Source: Nemertoderma westbladi
Taxonomy: Eukaryota > Animalia > Xenacoelomorpha
NCBI GenBank assembly: GCA_032718475.1
Contig: JAUCBJ010000210.1
Location: 1 to 52,291, forward strand
Direction of reading: 5' to 3'
Length of the DNA stretch: 52,291 nt
Of this stretch, positions 11,497-22,833 are shown piece by piece. The position numbers were made by a program, and so were the translations under genes. The notes beneath the pieces are model-generated. The model was given only the letters and a program-made list of their open reading frames with translations, was not told the origin of the DNA and did not search any database. Position 1 is the stretch's first letter, and each line of letters begins with the position of its first letter.

Positions 11497-11866
11497 CTGA
11501 AAAATTGCGATTTGAAAAATAGTAGAAATTACCTATAGACACCCTAGCGTCTGTAAAATAAAGGTTGGTGAATACGAAAATACTGGTTGCTGAAAAATAG
11601 CGAAAATGAAAAATAGTAGACGTTACCTGTAGACACCCTAGCGTCTGTAAAATAAAGGTTGGTGAATACGAAAATACTGGTTGCTGAAAAATAGCGAAAA
11701 TGAAAAATAGTAGACGTTACCTGTAGACATCTCTAGCGTCTGTAAAATAAAGGTTGGTAAATATGAAAATGCAATGGTTGCTGAAAAATTGCGATTTGAA
11801 AAATAGTAGACGTTACCTGATGCTAAGTGTAGACACCCGAACACCTGTAAGATAAAGGTTGGTGAT
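11497..11866 (+). repeat. ~94-bp tandem repeat, about 4 copies
   Basis: unit tgaaaaat.gcga...tagtagacgttacctgtagacaccctagcgtctgtaaaataaaggttggtga; starts near 11498, 11591, 11685, 11782. Confidence 0.9.
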
Positions 11867-12125
11867 TGGAGGAAGGAGTAGCGAGGGGGACTAATAACGC
11901 CTCTAGCGGAATATGCGGGATCTTGGGAAGTTACCATGGTAACGGTTGAAATGCTGACATCTGATTGGTTGAAATAATAACGACCACTGCTAATGGTTGA
12001 AATGGTGGCTTCTGATTGGAGGAAGGAGTAGAAATGGATGGTAATGATGGGCTATGGGTGACCATGTGCGGAGGGGCTAGCATCCTATACTACTGCTGGG
12101 TCTATTCACCCCCGCCTCTCCCTCT

Positions 12126-12273
12126 ACTACTGCGTGGCCTACCAGGCCCACCTCGGGTTGGCTCAACCCCGCTACCTCCTGCCTACCAACTACGTGGCCT
12201 ACCAGGCCGCCGTCGGGTTGGCTCAACCCCGCCACTTCCTGCCTACTAACTACGTGGCCTACCAGGCCGCCGT
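12126..12273 (+). repeat. ~60-bp GC-rich tandem repeat, about 2.5 copies, with internal palindromes
   Basis: cgtggcctaccaggcc x3; cgggttggctcaaccccg x2. Confidence 0.85.
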
Positions 12274-12570
12274 CTGCCGGGCTATACACATCTGACGCGT
12301 TCACATTAATAGCACCATTCCCAATATTATTTGTTAAGTCGATTAAATTATTAGAATTTGAAACGGGATTATTATTTAAATTATTTAAATTAGAATTATT
12401 ATTATTTTCAAAATTTAAATTATTATTCGAATTATTTGGATTATTCTGAATATTTGGATTAATATTATTATTTGAATTTAAATTTAAATTACTACTACCA
12501 GGTAAAATATTATTTGCTGCAATAAAGGGATTAGGGTTATTTACTACGGTACTATTAATACCAACATTTC

Positions 12571-13536
12571 CTAACGTACTACTACTACCCCCCCCCCCCC
12601 CCCCCCCCCGCCCGTACGGTTACTGTACGTACTGTACGTGTACCGCACGCCCTGTTCTTTTGCCTCACGCTCTTCGCATTCACTCTCTTGCTCCTTCCCT
12701 CTCCCCATTATCCGGTCTAATTCTTTCACCCTTAATTTATATGCCAGATTTATCTTCCGCATCCGTCTTTCTTTTGCGGAGGATGTAGCAGACTTATCGG
12801 TTGCGACGGACTTCCGCCGCCCCTCCGTCCTACTAACTTTCCCCCGCTTTCCGGGGTTCTCGCTGACCGACGAGACCGAATCCTCGGAGCTAACCTCGGA
12901 TTCGCCCTCGTGCGGTCCCGCCCAACCCACTAACTTAACTTCCCTGGCATCGACTAAGTATGGCCCTATGTACACTGCACCAGGCCCCATACCCCTACGT
13001 TCCCATAGCCCAAACAGTTCGATGGCAACCCCTCTCGCTCTCTCGCTGGCTAGTTCTCCCTGCCCAGAACGCACTAGGTAATCAAAGTATCTGTTCGACT
13101 CACCTAGTCGTCTCCTCAACTTCACCTGGTCTATCTCAGCCCCTTCTTTGGCTTCCTTCAGTTGCTCCCGGGTCGCGGCGTAGGCTCGTCGGAGCCGGAT
13201 GACCCCGACGTCCTCGTCGCCGACATCTCCTTTCTCCCTCCGGGTCCGGCGTTGTACCGTCGGCTCCACTGTTGCCGTTCCGGTGGGCCGTTCGTCGCTC
13301 TCGGCCTGTGGCTGGCCGGCGACATCGGCATATCGACCGCCGCCCTGTGTCGACTCGTCTCTCTCCTCTCCCAACTCGTCCTCTCGCTGTAGACGGCCCC
13401 CCTCGTCTCGGATCGCCGGATGGCCCTTTCTCGATGGGTCCGGCATTGTGGGTTTATACCGTCTAGTCGCGGCCTCGCGGATCGTTAGATCGCCGTCCGG
13501 GGTCCGCGGCGGTGTCGTCTCTCCTGACTGACTCAT
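12571..13536 (-). CDS. 321-aa charged, low-complexity ORF of unknown function
   Basis: ATG-initiated ORF in a GC-rich block, R/E/G-rich; the end runs through a poly-C tract; no recognised domain. Confidence 0.4.
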   Translation of the reverse strand: MSQSGETTPPRTPDGDLTIREAATRRYKPTMPDPSRKGHPAIRDEGGRLQREDELGEERDESTQGGGRYADVAGQPQAESDERPTGTATVEPTVQRRTRREKGDVGDEDVGVIRLRRAYAATREQLKEAKEGAEIDQVKLRRRLGESNRYFDYLVRSGQGELASERARGVAIELFGLWERRGMGPGAVYIGPYLVDAREVKLVGWAGPHEGESEVSSEDSVSSVSENPGKRGKVSRTEGRRKSVATDKSATSSAKERRMRKINLAYKLRVKELDRIMGRGKEQESECEEREAKEQGVRYTYSTYSNRTGGGGGGGGVVVVR

Positions 13537-14232
13537 CTCGCTGGGATGTGGTGGCTAGTCTCCAACCACTGAGTTTAACTAGGGCGGTAGCTCTGATTCA
13601 ATCACTGTGACGGGATCCACGAAGGATCCCGGTTTATCCGGGTTGTCGATCTACGCGTCCCCGCCGTGTGTGAAAGGTAAAAAGAGTCTGCGTTGTTCGT
13701 CGTATATAATGTTCGGGCATATAGATAGATATAGATAATATATTGTAATGTAAAGCTGTGAATAATAGTATATGGAAGGCGGGAGATGGTGATTGAAGTC
13801 CCTGTACTTCCCTAGCTAAACTAACCTAACTAGCACCAAATAACACACTGAGATAACTGATTGCTGGTGCCTAATAATATACTGCACGGTTTGGCCTTGC
13901 TACAGTACCTAGCCGATGCTTCCCCCCCATTGGCTAATATCCCTGTTGGCGCCCTTTGGAGTGTTCCCATTCACTCCAGCTATTCTCTCTCTGTTAGGGG
14001 TTTGGCCCCTGACCTTTATTGTTCGTTTCTCCTTCCCACTTTATTGGGGTGACACGAGGTTGATATTGGTAATCAACCTCGTGCTCCCAATATTGCTTAA
14101 CGGCTCACTTTATGGGGTGTTAGCGGAATTGATTCGCTAACAAGGAAAACAAGGAAAAACAGAAAGGGGAAAAGAGGGAAAAGGGAAGAAAAAAAGAAAA
14201 AAAGAAAAAAATGTGAAAACATTAGACATATT

Positions 14233-14518
14233 TGTAGAGACTCTTACGTTCTAGTACTGTATGTGGTGACGGGAGTGAAGGAGGATTACCGAAAACTACA
14301 GTATTTGGAGTCTGTCAGTCAGTTGTTAGATTATTATGTACTGGTACGGTAGGATTCAGCTAGTATGATAGTACAGTAGTACGGTGTCAGACAGAGAGTT
14401 ATGTTATTCGGGAGTACAGGAGTATATATGTTATTCTTATCTTATTACATATTATATTAGATATGACTGTAGGAAGATGAGTGTCATTATGATATGAGGC
14501 GGGAGAGGGTGGTTTACA
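14233..14518 (+). repeat. 5' LTR (286 bp)
   Basis: tgtagaga...tttaca; 2 mismatches against the 3' LTR by eye. Confidence 0.95.
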
Positions 14519-14621
14519 ACTTCCCACCGAGATTAGCGACTCGACTACACTTACGGACCGCGTGGAAATTTAAATAGGCCTACCTACCGGACTGGTAGAA
14601 ACATTTTTTTTTAAAAACACT

Positions 14622-16198
14622 ATGGCGATGGCGAACAATTACGGGTTGAAGGAAGTCCTGGAAGGGTTTACATATGATCAGTTACGGGATATCACTCGGG
14701 ATATCGGCGGCGATATTAGCGGATTACAGAAGCAAGATTTAATCTCGTTTCTTGTCGGTCAACCTCGGGATTTATTGTCTCAATACGGTATAGGATTTCG
14801 GGATTCGAGACGAGGTGGCGATCCAGGCGGTGGAGGAGCTGGTCCAGTCGGAAATGTTATGTTAGAGAACATTTTACAACAGCAACAACAACTGATTTCA
14901 CTGGTCCTAGATCAACAACAAACACAAACACACGCTCTTACTAAAGTGATGTCGGACTTTGCTGCTACGGTTGCAAACAATTCGGAAGTTCATGATCGGG
15001 ATAAACCACCGAAACCGATGTTGCGTCCACTGAAGGAAGATGACGACATTGAACATTTCTTAATTCTCTTTGAACGGACGGCGAAGCTCCAGGGTTGGTC
15101 GAAATCGGTCTGGGCGACACAACTTGGAGGTCGGTTAACGGGAAAGGCGTTAGCAGCGTTTTCATCATTATCTGGGGATGAAGCAGATAATTACGACTTG
15201 GTTAAAGCAATTATACGTGCGCGGTACGATATTAACATGGAAGCACTACGGCTGCGGTTTAGACAAGATAGGAAAAGGATAGCGAATCACACAGTGAATT
15301 TTCAGAGCGGATTAGAGAAACTTTCCGACGATGGGTTCAGGAACAAACTCTCGATGTTGGGGAAGAGGAAATTTCGCTGGAAGAACTCATTTTAATGGAA
15401 CAGTTCTTAGCATTCCTTCCTCAGAATTTACAGGTCTGGCTCAGGGATCACAAACCTCGTAGCCTCAGCCAAATAGCGAGCCTTGCTGATGAATATGCGT
15501 CAGCGAGACGATACCCGACGGATCCTTCCCGTTTCAATCGGAACAGAAACTCAAATAACTCATCTAATCCACACAGTTACGGTAATATCAGACATAATAA
15601 TTGGGGTAATAACCAGTACAATCGCAATAGTACTGGTTCCAATAATAATACCAGTACTGGTACGGATAGAAGTCAACAGAATCGGTTACCTTTTTGTAAA
15701 GTTTGCGACTCAATGGGATTTCGAAATCTATTTCATTGGAAGGAGCAATGTCCTCGAGATAAACTGTACGGGCCTAACAGTAATAACTGGACAAATACAC
15801 GGAGAAATATGGATAATAATGGTAGCGGAGGTGGGGGAGCCCCGAATAGACCAAATACCGGTAGTAATCCCTCAGGACGGCCTACTGACACCAATGGTAA
15901 TTATTCTAATAACGGAGTACCAAGACAGCAGGGAAGCGCAAATCCTGTAATGCGGAAAGTAAACCCAACAATATTAAATGATTTATTTGGTGATATTGCG
16001 GTTGCTAGTGGTAGTTCAAACCCTAGACTTGGTCCTAAATGTGTATATAATGTTCAAATTGGGGATTCCGTTTTTCCAGCTTTGATCGATTCAGGCTCAC
16101 AAGGAACCCTAGCTTCAGTGAATACAGCAAAGAAAATTATTGCGGCGGCAGGAACAAAACGTACAGATGTTTATACAGGTCCCATATGCTTGAGTTAA
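14622..16198 (+). pseudogene. gag: Gypsy gag (SCAN-like capsid domain, zinc knuckle) and start of protease; frameshifted near 15275
   Basis: DDIEHFLILFERTA..W; EQFLAFLPQNLQVWLRDHKPRSLSQIASLADEY (SCAN-like); CKVC..H...C; ALIDSGS protease. Confidence 0.88.
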
Positions 16199-19100
16199 AG
16201 TCAGCGACACAAGACAGGTTAGATATTTGTGCAAGATTTTCGGTTTTAGTGACAGTTGATAATGTTTCCTCACATACAGAAATTTCTGTTGTTCAAAACT
16301 TTGACCAGGACTTTGTGATTGGAACAGATTCGTTTGAAGGGCTGGGAATTCATATTTCAACAGTAAAAACAGTTTTAGTTGGAGAAAACATTTCAAATAA
16401 TTTGTCATATATGGCTATGAATAAAGTATCTGAAGTTGTTAATAGGTGGCGTTCCCTAGATTCTCAAGATAATGTAATGAATATGGGACGGGGTGAGAAT
16501 GTTGGTACTTGTGCGTTATTGGCTGGGAAACAAATACCACCTTGTAGTACAAGTATGTTGAAGATTAAAGTGAACAATTTTAATTCCAATGGGAATTCAA
16601 AGTTATATTTATTTGAACCTAATCAAAGTGTTTTGGAAGATCTTGGATTATCTTCCAGTAATGCAATTATTCAACCAGAAACAGATGGTTATGCGCGGGT
16701 CGGAGTGTTAAATTTAGATAAGTTACATAAAGCGATGCCAGAAGGTATTAATGTTGGAACATGTGTACAACTTGATGCGGCTGAGATAAAATCTGTTTAT
16801 AGCGACAACTTAGCGGAAGGTGTTACAGCACTTATCACAGATAAAGGTGAAAGGGAGATTGAGTTAGAAAGTCATGTTGATTTTACAGACTCTGATCTTA
16901 ATTAGGGTGAAAAAGATAGTTTATTAAAACTTCTTAAGGAATATGATGATGTATTCCAGTTATCGGATGATGAAATCGGTAGAACTGAAATAGCAGAACA
17001 CGACATTGACACTGGCAACAGCAGTCCCTTCAAACAGGGTGTCCGTCGAATCCCTGAGAAACTCAAAGAAGTAGTGGCAATGGAGGTTAATAGAATGCAT
17101 AAAATGGGAGTTATTAGACCAGCTCACGGACCTTGGTCTTCACCTATCATATTGGCACCTAAACCGGATGGATCTATTCGATTTTGTGTCGATTATCAGA
17201 AATTAAACGCCATTACAACTAAAGATAACTTCCCATTACCCCGTACAGAAGAAATATTGGATCAACTTGGATCATCAAAATATTTTTCTTGTTTAGACCT
17301 TGCCAGTGGATATTGGCAGCTTCCACTAACGGAGGAAGCTATTCCAAAAACGGCATTTGCATGTTCAGCGGGATTCTACGAATTCATTGTTTTAGCGTTT
17401 GGACTGTGCAATGCGCCAGCAACGTTTCAAAGAACAATGGAGAAAATACTTAAAGATGTGGTAGTAAATGGAAGAAAACCATGCTTTGTCTATATAGATG
17501 ATGTACTTGTTTGTTCACCGGATTTCGATAGCCACTTGGAAGATGTGGCAGCAGTATTAAATCGGCTACGGGAGGCAAATTTAAAACTGAGAACTCGAAA
17601 GTGCAAGTTTGGTAGATCTAAAATTAAGTTTTTAGGACACATCGTTACACGAAACGGACTACTTCCAAATCCAGAAACTGTAGACAAAATCATAAACTTT
17701 CCAGAACCAAAGAATCTAAAGGAACTTCGACGTTTTCTGGGATTATCGAATTATTATCGAAAATTTATAGAAGGATACGGAAAGATTGTCCGACCTTTGA
17801 CCTCATTATTAAAGAAAAATACGGCTTATTGCTTTGGGATGGACCAACAATTGAGTTTTTGTGAAGTTAAAGAACGGTTAATTACAACACCAGTATTGCG
17901 TTACCCAGATCATTCAAGACCATTTATTTTAGAAACTGACGCTTGTGAAACCGGATTTGGGGCTGTTTTATCCCAGATAGCTGATGATGACAGTCAATTA
18001 CACCCAATAGCATATGCTTCAAGACAGCTGACAAACTCTCAACAACGATATACTTCAACCCAGTTGGAGGTATATGGAATTAAATGGGCTTGTAATCATT
18101 TCAAACCATATTTATATGGAAGAGCCTTAACAACATTGGTTTACACGGATCACGCAGCAATAAAAGGATTACTTTTGGGTCGTCATGAATTAAAAGGCCC
18201 ATTGGCACGTTGGGTGATAGATCTAACTGATTATATTTCGCCCGAGAATGTTTTCCATAGACCGGGTAAAGCTAATACGAATGCAGATGTTTTATCTCGA
18301 ATGCACGGAACTTGTACTGCTGTTAATGACGGGCCTGAGAGTTTATCTGAATCAAAAGAAGAGACAGAGATAAAGTCGGATACCGAAACAAACTTAAAGG
18401 AAGAGACATATGTTATACAAAGTCTACAATTGGTAGACCCTTTATATAAAGCATTAATTGACTATCATCAAATGGATGCGTTACCTGATGATGAAGATTT
18501 ATTTCGCCAAATGTCAACCAAAAGAAACTTGACAGCAGTAATAGATGGATTGCTTTATAAATTTGATGATATTGGAAAATCACGCCAACCTCGTTTGGCA
18601 GTACCAGAACTTTGGAGACATAAAATACGGTCAGAAGTACATGGAGGACGGTTTGGGGGACATTTATCAGATCATCGGATATGGTCTATACTAAAATTAC
18701 AATATTGGTGGCCAAAAATGCGAAAGGATATTTTCAAATGGACTCATTCATGCTTGAAATGTGCTACTCGGAATCCGGGACGTGCAAATAAACCGCCATT
18801 AATGCCCTTACAAGTAGAGGGGCCATTCGATCGAGTGGCAATTGATATACATTCGCTCCCATTAACCCAGAGAGGAAATAGATATTGTGCAATAATCAGT
18901 GATTACTTGACGAAATGGGTTGAGGCCTATGCAATACAAGATGAAAATGCAACAACAATTGCTGATTGTTTTGTTGATTATATATCTCGTCACGGTGTTC
19001 CACGGAAAGTTCTTTCAGATCGGGGAGCAAACATTTTATCAGAAGTATTTACAAATGTGTGTAAATTATGTGGAATGAAAAAGATCAACACCAGCGCTTA

Positions 19101-19730
19101 TCATCCCCAGACAGATGGTTTAGTAGAGAGATTTAATCGAACATTGTTATCCATGCTTTCGAAAACTTTGGATCGACATGAAACGGATTGGGATGATGTT
19201 TTATCTTGCTTATTATTTGCTTATCGGACTTCGGAGCATAGTTCTTCAAAGGAGTCACATTTTTACTTACTCTACGGGAGAGATGCTAGATTACCAACAG
19301 ATACAGCTCTGAATTCCACAAAAACTATTTACCAAATAGATTTGGATGATTATAAAACTGAACTAGCCGCGAACCTTACATTTGCATGGTAACTTGCACG
19401 GGAAAACATTGAAAAGAAACAAGACCAATATAAGAAGCAATATGACAAGAGAACTCAACCAATTAAATATAACGTTGGTGACAGGGTATTTTTATACTGT
19501 CCAGATACAGTGAAAGGAAAATTACATAAATTCGGTCGGCCATTCCATGGTCCTTATCGTTTATTAAAGGTCACAGGGAATAATGCTGAAATTCGCTTGG
19601 TTGACCATCCAGCCCCAGTTAGTTGCAATTGAGCGGCTAAGACCTTGCAAACCAGAGATCGAAAATACATCTTTTACTGGAGATAAAAGGAAATATACTC
19701 GACGTCGCCCTGAGGCCAGGGCTTGTTTGC
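16186..19730 (+). pseudogene. pol: Gypsy pol (RT, RNase H, integrase, GPY tail) with in-frame stops at 16903 and 19390
   Basis: RFCVDYQKLN, LDLASGYWQ, YIDD, ETDAC, TDH, HHCC zinc finger, SDRG, DGLVERFN; FHGPY after the 19390 stop. Confidence 0.95.
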
Positions 19731-19745
19731 AAAGCGGGGGGGATG

Positions 19746-20031
19746 TGTAGAGACTCTTACGTTCTAGTACTGTATGTGGTGACGGGAGTGAAGGAGGATT
19801 ACCGAAAACTACAGTATTTGGAGTCTGTCAGTCAGTTGTTAGATTATTATGTACTGGTACGGTAGGAGTCAGCTAGTATGATAGTACAGTAGTACGGTGT
19901 CAGTCAGAGAGTTATGTTATTCGGGAGTACAGGAGTATATATGTTATTCTTATCTTATTACATATTATATTAGATATGACTGTAGGAAGATGAGTGTCAT
20001 TATGATATGAGGCGGGAGAGGGTGGTTTACA
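19746..20031 (+). repeat. 3' LTR (286 bp)
   Basis: near-identical to 14233-14518. Confidence 0.95.
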
Positions 20032-20138
20032 TATTGCTGAAATGATTTATTTTATAAGTAGATAAAAAAAAGTATGGTTTTCATTTTTAAATAGGACATT
20101 ATTTTAACTACTTCCATTGAAACCCCAGTCAAAAATGT

Positions 20139-20285
20139 TCATGCGTATCGCATGTGGGTCACGCATCTAATTCGCATGCGAATCGCATGGGAAAGTGTCG
20201 GGACCTTTAGAAGCGATACGCATGCGGATATCATGCGAAGTAGCCATGCGTATCGCACGTGTCTAGCATGCGATTCTCTTCAGTG
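20139..20285. mobile_element. putative right end of a CACTG (CMC/EnSpm-like) element with palindromic subterminal repeats
   Basis: clustered catgcg/cgcatg motifs ending in ttcagtg|ta; matching left end not found in the window. Confidence 0.4.
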
Positions 20286-20324
20286 TAGAATAAACCAATG
20301 GCCATATATGACCAAATAAATTAA

Positions 20325-21000
20325 CCCTATCTGGTCCGGTCTATTTTTCTACTCAATTGGCCCAGGGGGGATCGGCAGAGGGGGGTCATTTTAGACATTT
20401 GTTTATATCTTGGCTCAAAAATTATAATTTCAATGGTTTAAAGGTTTTCGAGGTCGCTGTTTACGATAAAACTTGTTAAAAAAATATTCTGGCAATGCAA
20501 CCATCATTTTTAGTGCCATCTGGTGCTCCAGAATGAAAAGTACAAAGTAGCAAAAATTTCAAACTGTTAAATTTTGCCTTTGGTTTGATAAGTCTAAAGC
20601 TATACTGTTTTTCAAGGTCGCTGATCATGATACAACTCGTTAAAATCATTCGTGGGAATATGAATGCAACTATGATCGTCGGTGCTTGTCTGCTCTGGGA
20701 CGAAAAATACAAGTAGCATAAAATTTCAAATGACAAAAATCGAATTTGGTCGGATAATATGATATTGAGTGGCATATATGTGATCTACAGTAGCATCCTA
20801 AAAAACACCTTATGTCATAAAATCAGGTTAATATTTGGTAATGATTTTGGAATATCAAATTTGTGCTACTTGTATTTTTCGTGCTGCACATTGACACATA
20901 TCCAAAAATGCCGTAATTAACAAGGTACGATATTTTTTAGTGTCATATTCGTGATCATGGATCAGCATCCCGAAAAACTCAAGGTGAAAATCAATTTGAT
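20325..21000. mobile_element. piggyBac-like non-autonomous fragment (one end only)
   Basis: ttaa|ccctatctggtccgg start; no partner TIR seen; right boundary approximate. Confidence 0.35.
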
Positions 21001-21259
21001 TTCGTGGTGATATTTAATTATCATATTTGCATAGTATTCCAGTAATCATACTGCCTTCTGTATTCTGTACTGCCCTATCATCTAGCTGTCTAGGCCTAAT
21101 GCTTGGTTTGCTCTTCTGATAATATACATACACTATACTTGAACTCATGTCACCCCATCGTTAATGCGCAGCCCCACATATACATTTGTCATGGCGCAGC
21201 GTTTCTGAACACGCGGATAATCCGGACCCACCGACGCCCATTTAACTACCGCACCCGAC

Positions 21260-22450
21260 ATGGCAATGGACCCACGCAACCACCACATCTTCGTCCTGCG
21301 CAGCTCCCCACCCGCATTCGACATCGAATCCGAAAGGACAACTTGGGAACTATGGAAAGATGAATGGGACGCCTTCCTCGCCACCTCGGGTCTTCTCAAC
21401 CTGTACGTGTCCGACCCGGCTACACCTCCAGTCGCCGTTGTAACCGAATACCTCAACCGATCCACTCTACGTCTACACCGCGCTGCCCTCACAACAGCGT
21501 TCTCTCGCGCGACTAACGCCGTCGTCAAGGGGCTCGCCCTTACCGCAGCAGAAAACGCGAACTCGGAGACCGTGATTAACCGGTTGGGTCAGCACATGGA
21601 CGGCGGAACCAACAAACGCGTTTACCGTCAACATCTGGCCCGACGCCACCGTCTTCCGGAAGAGAGTCCGGAATCGTTCCTCGTTGCTCTACGCGATATA
21701 GCTACCAAGTGCGACTTCGCCCCAATCGCAACCAAGGAAGCCCACACGGAGGACCGCCTCCTGGACCAATTCACGTCCGGATTCGTCGATAAGGAGGTTA
21801 CCGAGCAACTTCTTCGGCTTCCTAACGATTCCACCCTTGGCGACGCACTCCGACTAGCACAAGCCATCTGGGCAACCCGCAAAGACGCGGCATCCCTTGC
21901 CCACCCCTCGCCCATTCCTTCTGCAGTCACCAGTCGCATCGGAGCGACACTGCGACGCATGCAGCCACCGCCCAAGGAACGGTCGAACTCGAAGTGCCCG
22001 CAATGTGGATATCCCCCTCACCTGGCAGGCAAACGTTGCCCGGGTGCTGCGGCGCACTGCCGGCACTGCAACCTGGTCGGCCACTACGACCGCATGTGCC
22101 GCAACCGCCCCACTCACAACCCAAAGACAAACTCAACCGATTGGGTACCAGACAATGCCCGGAATGCCCCAGAGTCCGCCAGTCACGCCCAAATATGGTC
22201 GACAATCCTGGAGGGACTCGACTTTGGAGCCATCCCAGCCGTCTCCGCGACCGAGAGACTCGAATCCCTAGAGACAGTGACCATCGGATTCCAGGTCACC
22301 AAGAACCCCTCACACGGAATCCCCGAACTCCAATTCCTGCCTGATTCTGGAGCTAATGTGTCCACTATCCCATGGCGAACCTTCAGGGCGTTCGGTGGTC
22401 GCCTCGAGAACCTCCGCCACCCCGACGGCGAACCAATGACGAACCACTGA
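21260..22450 (+). pseudogene. gag: Mag-like gag with two zinc knuckles plus aspartic protease start
   Basis: WELWKDEWDAFL; CPQCGYPPH...CPG...CRHCNLVGHYDRMC; LPDSGANVS. Confidence 0.85.
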
Positions 22451-22833
22451 GACTCCGATACCCCCCAGGTCCCCCACCTTGCCAATGGGAGCCGCGATGG
22501 GTGGTCGCTTAAAGGCATATTTAACGCCACACTTCGATGCGCCACCCTCGGAACTGTCTGCACTACAGACCTGTGGGTTCTCGATGGACTCCAACAGCCT
22601 CTCCTCTCCCGACGGGCGTGCTTCACCTTGGGCATCCTGCGGAGCCCGATACTCCGCGGTGGCGACCTCACGGCGACAACGAACTACTCATATTCAGAGC
22701 AAACCAAGCCCACTGCAATGCCGTTACCAACCAAAGCCACCAATAATACGGCGCCGACTGGGCCAGCCATCGCCCCGATAGCGCCGGTTACCCCCCCCCC
22801 TCTACCGTTCCACAAGCCACCACCATACCCCCA

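Larger units (their letters stand above)
14233..20031 (+). mobile_element. full-length but defective Ty3/Gypsy LTR retrotransposon
   Basis: TG...CA LTRs at 14233-14518 and 19746-20031; 4-bp TSD TATT (14229-14232, 20032-20035); PPT aaagcggggggga before the 3' LTR; order gag-PR-RT-RH-IN. Confidence 0.97.

Noticed and set aside
1795-12587. tagtagtagtacg (1795) and cgtactactacta (~12575) as Polinton-type TIR ends
   Set aside because: The match stops after ~13 bp of low-complexity sequence; no extended TIR or 6-bp TSD
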